Source of the DNA: the human T2T-CHM13v2.0 reference genome, Homo sapiens
Assembly: GCF_009914755.1 (NCBI RefSeq)
Contig: NC_060929.1
Reading direction: 5' to 3' (one strand)
Length of the DNA stretch: 64,000 bases
The first letter of the stretch is position 1. Every line of letters starts with the position of its first letter. Made by a program: the position numbers and the translations under genes. Below are positions 30,031 to 43,960 of this stretch, one piece after another. The notes under the pieces are model-generated. The model worked only from the letters and a program-made list of their open reading frames with translations, was not told the DNA's origin and made no database searches.

Positions 30031-30453
30031 AATGCTGGATTTTAACAAATGATTTTTCTGCATCATATAGTTTTTGTTTTTAATTTTGTTCACTTAATGT
30101 ATCTCATTTATTGACTTTCATGCATTAAACCATTCCTACATCCCTGGTATGAAACCCACTTGATCATGATGTATATTATCTTTTGGAGATGCTGTTGGAA
30201 TCAGATTCAGTTAGCTAATATTTCTTTGAGGATTTATGCATCTATGTTCATCAAAGACATTGGTCTGTAGGTTTCTTTTTAGTTCTTGTTGTTATGTCCT
30301 TTCCTAATTTTGGTATGAGGGTGATGCTGGCTTGTTAGAATGATTTAGGGAGGATTCCCACTTTTCCTATCGTTTGGAACAGTTTCAGTAGGATTAGTAC
30401 CAATTCTTCTTTCAATATCTGATAGAATTCATCTATAAATCTGTCAGATCCTG

Positions 30454-30683
30454 CCTGGGCTTTGTTTTGTTGGCAATTTTTAAAATTGCTGACTTAATTT
30501 TGGTGCTTGCTATTGGTCTGTTCTGGGTATTTATTTCTTCCTGATTCAATATAGGAGGTTGTATATTCCCTGGGCTTTGTTTTGTTGGCAATTTTTTAAA
30601 TTGCTGACTTAATTTTGCTGCTTGTTATTGGTCTGTTCTGGGTATTTATTTCTTCCTGATTCAATATAGGGTTGTACATTCCC
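30454..30683. repeat. 115-bp tandem duplication inside L1 ORF2
   Basis: cctgggctttgttttgttggcaatttt... starts at 30454 and again at 30569. Confidence 0.92.
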
Positions 30684-31496
30684 AGGAATTTATCCATCTT
30701 CTCTAGATTTTCCAGTTTGTGCGTATAAAGGTGTTCATAGTGGCCTTGGATGATTTTTCATATTTCTGTAATATCAATTGTAATGTCTCCCATTTTCATT
30801 CTAATTGAGCTTATTTTGATCTTCTCTCTTCTTTTCTTAAACTCATTAACAGTTTATCAATTTTATTTATCATTTCAAAGAACCAGCTTGTTGTGTCATT
30901 TATCTTTTTGTTTGTTTGTTTCAATCTCATTCAGTTTTGCTCTGATTTTTGTTATTTCTTTTATTCTGGTTAGTTTGGCTTTAGATTGTTCTTATTTCTC
31001 TAGTTCCTTGAGGTGTGACATAAAGTTTTCAATTTGTGCTCTTTCAGACTTTTTGACATAGGCAGTTAATGCTGTGAACTTCCTTTTAGCACCACTTCTG
31101 CTGTTTCCCAGATTTTTTTGATAACTTAATCAGTATTTGTTTATTACTCTTCATTTCAAATAATTTTTAAATTTACATTTTAAAATCATTATCAACTCAA
31201 AATTCATTCAAGAACAGATTATTTAATTTCCATATATTTGTGTAGTTTTGAGCATTCCTTTTGGAATTGGTTTCCAGTTTTATTCCACTGTGGTCTAAGG
31301 AGATAGGGTTTAGATCCAGGCACAGCCTGTACATAGAGTTCTGACCTGCCCCAGGCCATCAACTTCCCCACAGGGACAGCAAGCAGGGATCTCTGTGTCT
31401 GCCAGCAAGCCTGGGCACCCAGCTCCTGCGCTCATTCATGTTTGCAGCACACTTCCCACTTGCCCTCGATTCTGTTCAAGGGAGTTTGTGTCCACT

Positions 31497-31876
31497 TGTG
31501 GTTTGGCCCTGTGTCCCCACCCAAATATCATCTCAAATTGTAATCCTCCTGTGTTGAGGGAGGGTCCTGTAATCCCCACGTGTCGAGGGAGAGAGGTGAT
31601 GGAATCATGTGAGCGGTTTCCCCATGCTGTTCTTGTGATAGTGAGTTCTCATGAGTTCCGATGGTTTTACTAGTGTTTGGAAGTTTCTTCTTTTCACTTC
31701 TCTTACCTGCTGCCATGTGAAGAGGGTCCTTGCTTTCAATTTCCCTTCTGCCATGATTGTAAGTTTCCTGAGGCTTTCCCAGCCATGTGGAAATATGAGT
31801 TAATGAAACCTCTTTTTTCAGTAAATTACCCAATCTCAGGCAGTTTTTTATAGTAATGTGAGAATGGGCTAATTCA
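31497..31876 (+). mobile_element. MSTA-like solo LTR inserted in the L1 5' region
   Basis: tgtggtttggccctgtgtccccacccaaat...gggctaattca; TSD ccact/ctact. Confidence 0.88.
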
Positions 31877-32399
31877 CTACTCAAAATTATATCACAAAAT
31901 TCAGCTGGGAGCTTCTTTCACCCTGCAACCCCTCCCTAAGCTTGTTGGCTGACTTCCTCAAAGACTGTTGTGAGACATAGTCAGGAATGGTTTCCCTGGA
32001 CTCTTGCTGGAGGCTGGGAATGCCTACAAGGCACTTCCTGCTGCTGCTTCTACTTTTATATTTCAAGATGCCCTCTAAATTCAACCCAGCTGTGGGTAGG
32101 TTGTTATGGCCTTCTCCTGTGCTCTGGATTTTCAGATTCCTTGGTGAGGATGTGTGCTCAGAGGTAGGCTCATCCCATCTCACTCTCTGGAAACTTAAGA
32201 GTTTTCTGCCTTTCTCACAGAGCAGGCTGTAGCCTCCTGCTTCTTTCAAAGGGTCTGTGAATTCTTTCTTAGGCTTTGTCTGAAAGAAAGTCACAGTAGT
32301 TCCCTTGTTAGTGGAAACATTTCATTTAGTACATCTCAATCTCTTATGATGGTTTTTTTCTCTGTAAGTGTTTCCACAGGGATTCTGTAAGCTACAGTA

Positions 32400-32528
32400 A
32401 GGGTGACCTAAATTCCAATTTTCCAAAAGCAGTCCTAGTTTGCACCTACTATTTTCACACAATTAATAATAGTGTTGCCATTTTCTCTGAAAAGTGTTCA
32501 GTTTGAATGATTACTTATACAGCTCTTT
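32400..32528. mobile_element. MER81-like hAT fossil
   Basis: agggtgacc...attaataatag...gaaaagtgttcagtttgaatga resembles MER81. Confidence 0.55.
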
Positions 32529-32794
32529 TAAATAGGAGACACTATATTCATAAGTGCTTCATCAACATTTTCATTCTAGGTGGTTTCCTTTATATGTGGT
32601 AACTTCATATGAACATGCACATGAGTATCATAAATATTAAGCTCATGATTAAGTTTTGGGAGGGTTGTCCTATATGGGGAAGAAGTCTTTATTGAGTCAA
32701 TTACATAGAATCCAATGGCTTGCCTATTCTGTTATTCTTTTTTTATTTTCTTGTATGTTTATTTTTATTCATGTAACATGCAGACACCTTATGA

Positions 32795-32930
32795 TTTTAT
32801 AGTACTTTGTAATTTACAAAGCATTTTCCCACTCATTAGGTCTCTTGGTCCTCCAAGTAATACTATTGGTAGGCACCATTACAGATATGAATATCAAGTT
32901 GTCCGAAGACTGAGACTTTTGCCCAAGATG
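32795..32930 (-). mobile_element. MIR fragment
   Basis: atagtactttgtaatttacaaagcattttc...ccattacagat...tttgcccaag. Confidence 0.55.
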
Positions 32931-32984
32931 TGAAATGACTCATCTGGCTTTAATATCTGTCCATATATTAACTTCTCTTCTCTC

Positions 32985-33512
32985 ACAGCAGACTCTGCCA
33001 TTTTGGCTGCCAGAACCCAACTACCTCTTTTTTAAGTAATCAAATATAATATTTCATCTGGGAAACATTTCATCTATTCCCTCTTCTTCTCTCAATCCAT
33101 GTGCTCCAAGTAGAATTAATTCCATCTCTAGTTCATGACTCAGGCCTGCCTACTGAGTGTCACATTCCCTTGGGATACGTGAGTAACCCAATGAGGACTA
33201 ATAAGATGCTATTCTACGTGGTTGGATCTGCTGAAGGAAAGAGGTAGTCTTTTTTCCGCTACATTTGAGCCTCAGAAGATGGAGTCCTGGTGGTACTAGC
33301 AGCCATCATATGGAAGCTGATATTGAAACCAACTATGAAGGAGAGAAGAGCTGAGGGATGGAGGACAACCAGATCCAGGTGGAATTTTATGAGTCCCTGG
33401 ATCAAAACACCTATGAAAAGTGACCCTCTATCTTTTCAGTTCAGTAAACAATGTATTTCTTTTTTTTTTTCTTAAGCTGAATTGGGTTTTCTCTCTCTTA
33501 TCTTAACTGATG
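32985..33512 (+). mobile_element. MLT1K/L-like LTR
   Basis: catgactcaggcctg...gcagccatc...gagtccctggatcaa...gaattgggttttct. Confidence 0.6.
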
Positions 33513-36023
33513 TATCACCCAAAACATTTGTTGTGTCCCACCCCAAGATATTCCCAATGACAAAGAAGATGAACTTCTCATACAGAAGATTAGGACACAG
33601 AAGGTCACTCAGCCAGAACTCTTAAGTATTCTATCACCAGGTTCTTAGCTCTTTTCTCTGGCATCATGGTGCCTTCCTCTGTGCCTTTGCTCATGGTATT
33701 TTCTTAGCTTTCCTAATATGATCTCTCTCTTCCTTTCCTGCGTAAGTAAATTCACTCAAGCTCTACTCACAAACCTAGGTTTGCCTTTTTCCCTCCTCTG
33801 AAATCCCAGAGCATATTATCTACATAGATAATCCTGGTATGTTATTACACAGACTTTTGTTGTTGTTCTTGTTCGTAATTTCGGATACCTTATGTTTCTA
33901 AACAGATCATTCACAGATCTTGCCCATAGTACAAACCATCCTGAAATGGACTGATCACTTTTTAAAAAGAATAACAGATTCTAAACAGATTCTAAACAGA
34001 ATCTGTTTAGAAGGTAAGATATTTGTGAGCATTTTTAGTGCTATAAACTATCTACAATTTTTTTACGATCAGAGTGTATAGCTGTAGCATTTATTTGGTT
34101 CATGTGTCCTAACTAAGACATGAGTCATGTCAATAGTGACTTAAATTATTTTTTTCAGATATCAAATCTTAAGTAGAGATCCACATTGAGACAGAAGTGT
34201 AGGTGCAGCCAAAAGCAGAACTGTTCAGATGAGTTGACAGCTTTGCTTGTGAAATTGGTCAAGACCTCAAATATCAAGTGTGGTCCATGATGAGAAATGC
34301 CATTTCCATTTATCAAAGGAACTTTCTGATGATCATAGAACCATTATGGGAAATGACTGTCATTTGGCAAAGTCATCAATCCCTTTTTAATGAAACAATT
34401 TGATTCACTATTCTCCAGTAATGAACTAGCAGTTGTTCTTTACCATCAGGCAGAAGAACTCAAGTTCAAAAGTCAGAGGCTACACATATTTGTTTTATTC
34501 TTGTGCTCAGTGGTTCCAATGAGCTCTGCCATTTTCACAGATACATCACATTCTACTGCTTCTGAAAAAGAGAGGAGTCCCAGGACAGAACTTGTTTTCC
34601 TGCTTCCTAAACTTTTTCCAAGGATTCTTGCTGTAAAGCTCTCCATTCAAATTTGACTGTTTGATAAAAATACTTTAGTTACCTCTCTAGATGTGACATG
34701 CAATGTCTCTAATATACCAAAAAAAGAAAATAAATCAAAAGCTAAGGATTTCTTTTTTGCCTTGTTATGCACAGAACCAGTTTAGTGGTTTATGGAATGT
34801 CTTTGTTGAGTGTAACCCAGTTAGTCCTCAAGAGAAAATTACATTTTTTTCTTTCCATTGCCATCCAGCTTTTGTCAACTAATTTGATGTAGTATGCAAA
34901 GCCATCCTAGTTTTCTCAGTGGGGTCTCTTGTTATAATGTAGTCAATATAACAGAATGCTTTAAACCTACAAATACTTCTATTAGAAGGATTTGGGTTAT
35001 GTAGAATAAATGTCTCAGGTTGTATATTGTGAATTTTATCTATTAATTCTTTGGTGTTACAGCTATTGTGATATCTATTTTTATTTTATAGCTCATTTAT
35101 ATACTTTTAATATGCATCTATTATAAATGTTTAGTTTTCCTATTGAGATTTAAATAATCACTTAAAATTTTCATAATCTCTATTATGTTTGCATTTAATT
35201 CTAAAATAAGCAGTGCCTTATCTGAAAAGATTGTTGATTCTTGATTGTGTATTTTAAAATGGTCTTGAAATTTTCTCTTTGTTGGCTTAGTTTTCTTTCT
35301 TTTTTTTTTTTTGTTTTTTTCATAGTGTACTTAAAGGGAAGAGGCTATGGTGGATTGATGGGATTGGGGGTTATTCAGTCTGTTTTTTGTAAGAGTGGAT
35401 AAAAGTAAGAACTCCTGCCTCCTTGATGATTCAGTATCAGTCCTAGCTACGGATGCTTCCTATCACTTATGGCTATTATCAGATTCCCAGGGAACTGCCT
35501 TTTTTTTTTTTTCTGACCCAGGCTTGTATATTCAGGGTTTGATCTAGAGGTAACTGTGGGAATTTCTGTCCAATGCAAAGGTGGCTGTGTGGAGCTTCAT
35601 GGGACACTACTCTGACTTTCCTAATGAGTCCTCTCCAGATGTCAGAATCTTTCATCCTAATTTGTAAAGCATTGTTGGTCAAGTCCACTGCTTCTAGCAC
35701 AGCTTTGCCTATGTCTAGACTGTGTTGAGTTCAATTTATTTAATCACATCTTGCCTATTACTCTTATATGATCATTTATACTATTATCTAAGGTCATTTT
35801 TCCTTCTTATATTCTAGTACAATTATAAATTAATAATAGTATTCTAGGCATTTCAAAGATCTAGGGCTGAAGTTAAATTTATAGATTGTATTTAGCCTAT
35901 CCTTTTGAAAAATTAGCTTTTGAGGTTCTTCTTTTGAGGTTAATCCTATGATAGGAAGTTGTTTGTGTATGTGAGAATATATATGTGTATGTGTTCGTGT
36001 TTGTATGTGTGTGTGCCACTTAA

Positions 36024-36563
<540 letters not shown>

Positions 36564-36597
36564 TAAATAAAAATTAAAAAAATAAAAATTACTTTTC

Positions 36598-36895
36598 AGC
36601 CGGGCGCGGTGGCTCACGCCTGTAATCCTAGCACTTCGGGAGACCCAGACAGGCAGATTTCCTGAGCTCAGGAGTTTGAGACCAGCCTGGGCAACATAGT
36701 GAAACACTGTCTCTACTAAAATATGAAAAATCAGCCAGGCGTGGTGGTAGGTGCCTGTAATCCAGCTATTCAGGAGGTTGAAGCATGAGAATTGCTTGAA
36801 CCCAGGAGGCAGAGGTTGCAGTGAGCCAAGATCTTACCAAGGCACTCAGCCTGGGCAACAAAGCCAAACTCTGTCTCAAAAAAAGAAAAAAAAAA
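36598..36895 (+). mobile_element. AluS, full length
   Basis: agccgggcgcggtggctcacgcc...; TSD aaaaattactttt. Confidence 0.95.
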
Positions 36896-38889
36896 TTACT
36901 TTTTTTTCTGTTCTAAATTATGAAACATTTCCTTAATGTTATCATGTATGTAACTGTTTTATTTATTATTCATATAGATTCTAATATGTGCTTTTAGGGT
37001 AATTTTAGGTTTTCTAATTTAACTAGTCATATGTATTTGTAGTAACTTTCTTTTTATTAGATGGCTTCCTTTTTCATAGAAACATGTACTTGTTTAATAT
37101 TTTAAATTACATAGTGCTTACCATCATTTGAATATCTTTGGAGCCCATCTAATTATAATCTATTAAGGTTTTTTGGTAACTAAATTATTTATATTTAACC
37201 TTAAGTAAGATTTTCTGAAGGTTAATTTTGTCTCATTTTGTGTTGTTATATTTCTTAAATATATAATAATCCTTAGTGATTATCAGTTCATTAGTACAGG
37301 AAGCTGACAAGGTTTCCTCTGCACATGTGCAAGTCTACCTACTAAATAAACTTCTTTGTCCTACGAGAGGTTTGCAGTACAGCCATTTTGAAGTTCAAGC
37401 TTTGAAAAAAAATGCAAGGGCAAGGACCAGAGAAGAAGGCTAGGTGGAGACCTTTTACACCCATCAAAGTAAAGAAAGTTTAGTTTGATTGAGTCTTTGA
37501 TTTTTACCTTCTCTTACTTCCCACACGTCTATTGGGAGGTCAAGAGTTGTCTCAATCTCTGCTCTATTTCAATATTTTTCTCCATTAAAAACAAGAGCCT
37601 TTTCCGAGAAGTTTATTCGCTTTGGAAAATAGTTCTCCAAACTTTTAGCAAGAGAAAAGACTGGCACTTCCTCTATATCTAGTAGACCCGCTATCCCAAA
37701 TACAAATCTTTTAATTAACACTTGACCACCACAATGGTTCCTTCCTGGTGTTTTGCATACATAAAACAGGGTTTGTATTTTAACCTGAACTCTTTGTAAT
37801 CTAAGAATATTCTCCAAGATGATATGGGATATTTTATGTTGAATTAGTTCAGTCAAGAAATGGAGGCCATGTTAACCTTGTTTAAGGTATACACAACTTG
37901 CTTTTCCTTTCTTCTCTTGAAAATACAGACAAGATATTGATGTGATCTTACATTCAAACAATTAGAAAATGGGTCATACCATAGAGTAAATACTTGCACC
38001 TAAAACATCTCCAACATCTCTAACATCCAGGACATGATTAAATGAGCAATATAAGTATTTTGTGACCCAAGCAGGGCATTCATAATTGGAAGTGGGCACT
38101 TTCTATGAGAGAGTTATTAATTCTGCTTACAACAAAGGGAAATGGAGAACTTTCAAAATGTATAATTAAAATAGGCAAAAGTGAAGCATGAAAACCAAAG
38201 TCCTTGATATCTATAATCTTGTTTTCACCAAATAGTGTTGGAACTGTCTCTGAAATTTCTATTTGAATCCATCAACCACATAAGAGAGTATCTGCATTCT
38301 GTATTGGTTTTTTAAATCTAAAATCAGATAACAAATAGTCTTGATTTTAAACAAGATGTGAAAACATTCTATCATATATTGGTAGAATAGAGAGGAGATT
38401 CAAAGGGATAGAAATCAGTATTACCAGAATAAGTTATTTGGCTCAGTTTTTTTCAGTAAGGAAAAAAAATGACACCCTTCTAACACTCACCTAGCTCTGA
38501 TAACTTACAATAAAACCAAGTTGAAGGAGTTGTCGAACTTGTCATAAAATAATTTAAATTAAAAAAAAATCATGTTCAAGTCTTCCTAAAGTTAAGGTTA
38601 TAGGTTTTGTTTAACAATAAATTATGTTTTTGAAGTGAATAAATAAATGTAGTTTATTTTAAAGGCCTCTATATTCTAACACATTATCTAAAGTAAAATT
38701 TCCTTCCAAAAGGTATGTTTTAGTTAAATTCTAGTCCACTCTTGATATTATGTGTCTGAAATAGGTAATGAATTTAAAAATTCTAGGATTGGAGTACAAT
38801 TATGCTTACAACAGTTACAGTTTATGCAACAACAATAATGTTACCATTGCATAACATTCACTTCATCCTATGCAGAATGCCACTAATTG

Positions 38890-40000
38890 TTTTTGCTACT
38901 TTTCTGAAAAATATCATGCATATATCAGTAAACAAAATTGTATAATGAAAACCCATGTCCCCATCATGTGGGTTCAATAATTACAAACTCATTGCTAATT
39001 TTGGTTTATCTCTACCTCCAGAGACTTTGCCTCTTATAATATCTGAAGTAAGCCACAGATGTCATTTCTTCTACAAATATATTAGTTCACATCACTAAAA
39101 GGTAAAGATTATTTTTTCATATGCTCAAAATTTCACTATCACACATGGAAAGCTACCAATTGTCTGACCTCTCTGTTTCCTGTAAATTGTACTTGTGCTT
39201 GTATCTCACCTAGAAGCTTGATCACATTTTTCCATTTTTTATTTTTCTGGCAAGTCTCCTTCAGTAGACAGTCTTTTGTTTCCAATAAGAGTGACATGAC
39301 TCCTGATCATCTTTCTTTTTGTTAAGTTAGCTGCTGTTGATGACTAATGATAGATCAATTCATTAAAGTTTGTGTAATGCTGACATTACTACTATAATAT
39401 TCCTTCCTCCTTTATAGGCTGAAATATGCTGTAAGAAGAATTTTCCCATCTGCTATTTGGTTACTATTGCAATATTGTCTTTTCAAATTGGCTGTCAAGC
39501 CCGTTTTATACCTGGCTAGTAGTTTTTGGCAACTTCCTTGTGGTCTTATACATTTCCAGGGAGCCCCTTTTTCATTTGGTGAAAATCCTTATCTAAAGGC
39601 CGTAATCTGAATGTTTGGTGTTCTGTTTGCTATTTGGTTGATCACTTATTTTATCCTTTATCCATAAATGAACTATTATTTTATTTAAAGATAAAATACA
39701 TGAGCATACACTGATAATTCCAATTTATTACTAATTTTATTACTAAATAGTATGTCGACTTCTTTGATCTTAACATATATTTTCCTCCATGTTTAAAAAT
39801 TATGCTCTCAACAGCATCAAAAATTATAGATTACTATTTCACGTAACTGTTCATTTTTGTTATATCTCAATATAGCTGAGTTTTATTTTCTAATTTTAAA
39901 ATATTGATGCTAATTTTTGTTTTTTCAGGTTTTTTCCATCATTTTTGGAATCCCTCGATGGGTATACATTCAAATTACTATTTTAAAAATTACTTAAAGC
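38890..40000 (-). mobile_element. L1MC4/5-like 3' region, degenerate
   Basis: tgtataatgaaaacccatgtccccatca...ttcaataattacaaactcattgctaatttt. Confidence 0.6.
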
Positions 40001-40986
40001 ACTCCTACTTTGTACAAATATACTGCCAACTAGATCCATATTTAGTTTTGTTGTTTCCTTTCATTTTTTAAGTCTTTGGATAGTTTAAATTCAATAATTG
40101 TAAATATATAAAATATTTAACAGACTTAAAAGCAAAACTTATAAAAATAAATATTCAAGAAGTCACTTCTTATCCCTTCTTTCCCTTTATATACAGTTAT
40201 TTTCTTTTTTATATTTATGGTTATTATTTGCATTTTTATATAAACACATATGAACACACTTTTTTTTGTATTTTAACTATCTGCTTATGTACCCCTACTT
40301 TTTTAGGTGATGTGTGTTTGAAGGAATAGGCTGTTAATTATCTCAACATCAAGGTCATTGCAAATTATCTTGCTATCGACACCATTTAAAAGAGTGTCCC
40401 TCACTTAAAAGGTGCTTAATACATGTTTCTTTTCTTCAAATGACTGAATTGCTAGACAACTTATGTAAAATACATTATATTGCAAGAGGCTTTATTAAGA
40501 ATTTTCAGAGGATGTAAAAACCCTTCCTCACCCTCTTTTTACGACCAGGATAAATTCAGCCAATTTGGTGGCCAAAGTGAATGACTCTCCTCACTGGGCT
40601 TGGCAGCATTCCTGTATGTAGGAATGAGAACATCTTCTGGGGCTGGAAAAAGTAGTAGTTTGACCTAGAGTAGGAGAGTAACTTTATTCTCTTCTAGGAC
40701 ATAGTTGAAAATATAAACATAAAGTAAGAGATGCCAGAAGAGAGGATTCACCTTTATGAAACAACTTGGGAAAATTATGCTTGGAACCACACTGTAACTT
40801 TTTAAAAATAAAAATTTTATCTGAAATAAGTTTAGATGTAATAAAAGTTAAAAAAACTACTGCAGATAATTTCTGTATACTTTTCACACATTTTCCATTA
40901 ATGTTAACTACAACTTAATTTCAGACTTTGATTTTGAAACATTATTATGTTTTAAAATCTTTTTCTACAATAAAATGTGTTTGTTT

Positions 40987-41293
40987 GGCGGGGCACAGTG
41001 GCTCATGCCTGTAATCCCAACACTTTGGGAGGCAGAAGAGGGCGGATCATGAGGTCAGGAGATCGAGACCATCCTGGTTAACACGGTGAAGCCCCGTCTC
41101 TACTAAAAATACAAAAAAAATTAGCCGGGCGTGGTGGCGGGCACCTGTAGTCCCAGCTACTCCGGAGGCTGTGGCAGGAGAATGGCATGAACCCAGGAGG
41201 CGGAGCTTGCAGTGAGCCGAGCCGAAATCGCGCCACTGCATTACAGCCTGGGCGACAGAGCGAGACTCCATCTCAAAAAAAAAAAAAAAAAAA
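40987..41293 (+). mobile_element. AluY, full length
   Basis: gagatcgagaccatcctggttaacacggtg; ggcggagcttgcagtgag; A-tail. Confidence 0.96.
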
Positions 41294-41575
41294 CCATTTA
41301 AATAATCAGTGTATATAATGATCATACCATATATAACAAGCAGTGAAAATTTCTTTTAAAATATCAAAAATAAAACTAATTTATAATAAAATCTTACTTT
41401 TCCATTTAATAATGATATAATGATCATCCTATTTATTTATCTCATAGATTCCAGGCTATCTACACTGCCTCCTTTGTCTATGAGCCAAGACACTTAATGT
41501 GAGCAGAAGTTATATATTGGGAACATCTCACGCTCTATCATTTATGATTTTTTAAAATCCACTCTCTTCCAATAA

Positions 41576-41920
<345 letters not shown>

Positions 41921-42151
41921 TGATATTATGTTTTTATATAGGCACAGCTGCTATATCTACCACTCATCAAATCTCTACTCCCCTTATAATAGCAATAGTC
42001 TCTGGCTGGGGATAAAGTAGCAGTTGAAAAAGCACTCAAATAATTTTGATTGAAAGACCCATGACATAATTCGAACAAAAAACAATGGACAAAAGTGCTC
42101 AAATTAGAAGTGGAAAAAGAAAATCATGACATCAACTCATAAGCATGTTAT

Positions 42152-42228
42152 GTTTTGTTTTTATAGCTTCAAAGGGTACGAGCATAGATTGCTACATGGA
42201 TATATTACACAGTGGTGGAGTCTGAGAT
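42152..42228 (-). mobile_element. Very short L1PB/MA 3' end
   Basis: agggtacgagcatagattgctacatggatatattacacagtggtggagtctg. Confidence 0.55.
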
Positions 42229-42581
42229 GTCTTCTCAAGAAAAGCAAAAAAATATATAAAGGATACTCTTCATCAGAACAATTCTTTTTATGAATAATTT
42301 CATTTACTTGCAATAACCAATTATTAGGAAATCCCTTTCCAGTGAGTAAACTCTGTCTAGAAATAATCTAAGATTAATTCATAAATGCTTTGATTGTTTT
42401 TCTTCCCTAATGGCGTGATACCATGACATACATAAACCTATGACTATATATATAATATATTGACTATATATATACATATATATAGACATTGCACTGCACA
42501 AATGGCAATAAGAAGCTAATCGCTTTTGTCTTTTTTAAATTATAAATATTGAAAAATCATAAAGTTATGGCAAACTATATA

Positions 42582-42653
42582 TAAGGCGATGCAAAAGTAA
42601 TTTCAGTTTTTGCCATTGCTTTTGCACCACCTAATTATTTTTGCACCACCTAA
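42582..42653. mobile_element. MADE1 (Hsmar1 MITE), rearranged right arm
   Basis: taaggcgatgcaaaagtaatttcagtttttgccattg and ttttgcaccacctaa x2 match Hsmar1 TIRs; TA flanks. Confidence 0.8.
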
Positions 42654-43048
42654 TATATAGTCTTTATATAGTCTCTTTCTATATATAGTCATAGCTTCAT
42701 GCATGTCTATATGTATATAAAGTGTGCACACACACATGCACGTGTGGTTTGTATTTGTACATACTAATCTGAATTTTAAAAGTTACACTTAACTTATAAT
42801 CATAACTACATATTGTTACCTTCAAAAAGAAAATGTCATCATAGTGATGACTAGTAATTGTGTATGAGAGAATTAAGTGTAATTGCTTCCAAACTGCATA
42901 TTACAAAGACATTTTGAGGTCTCATTTACACTTGATTGTTAGGATAGTGTTAAATTTTTAGAATTTATTTTTCTTCTGCTGGACCCTGTTTGATAATGAT
43001 GGTACATTATATTTAACTGCCTTTCTGAAAACACCAAGTAATAGGCAA

Positions 43049-43049
<1 letters not shown>

Positions 43050-43111
<62 letters not shown>

Positions 43112-43288
43112 TACACATATATACATATTACACATATATACACATATATACGTATATACGTATGCATATGTATGTGTATATATGCATACTTATATGTGTA
43201 TATATGCACATATACGTATATATACACATATATACATATATATGTTTACGTATATATGTATATATGCATATGTATATATGTATACGTA
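43050..43288. repeat. (TA)23 + (CA)n + degenerate TA/TG low-complexity tract
   Basis: Perfect TA run 43050-43095. Confidence 0.95.
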
Positions 43289-43839
43289 AAGCTTATAGTT
43301 AAATTCAATGATAAAGGAATATTCAAGTTATCCGTCTTCTAAAGGCAGGATGCTAATAATTAATGTGTTTGGTAGTTTCCACTAGGAGGTCTGTCACAGA
43401 AATTGAAAAGTTTATCGTTACAAAACATAATTACCTGTATTTTTAAAGTGCTACATTCTGTGAATAATTTCTGTCAAATAACAGTACAATGTAAAAATTA
43501 CATAATGAAATATGTATTTCTATTCCATGATATATTGACTAGTCTACGATATATTGGCACAGATAATTCAAACTAATGTTGATAGAGGTAGTCTTCAGTA
43601 GGTCACTGTTTTGTAATTTAATGTGATCCTCAGCCACCCTCCCCATCCCAAAATCCCTAGAAAATGAAAACACTCATAAGACATTTATACTGTCTTCTTT
43701 GAAAAAAAGATTGCCTGGATTAAGAGTTTTGAACTAACTTATAGCTTATATTTTGATTTCAAGTGAGTAAACATCAATTATTTTGCTAAGAGAAATGCTG
43801 AGCACATGTAGTTATATGCTTCCATGAATTCAGAAATCC

Positions 43840-43960
43840 ATGTTTTGAACTAAATTCTGCCAACAAAAAGCTGTGAGACCTTGGGCAGTTATTTTACCTC
43901 TCAAAATCCCTATGGAAAACATTGATTCTTAACTTCTAAAGTCATTATGAAGTTTAAATG
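43840..43960 (+). mobile_element. MIR fragment
   Basis: aattctgccaac...gctgtgagaccttgggcagttattttacctctc. Confidence 0.6.

Noticed and set aside
31540-31595. Internal repeat tgtaatcc...gagggag x2 in the MST LTR
   Set aside because: Probably a subfamily feature of MSTA-type LTRs rather than a locus-specific event; not verifiable here.
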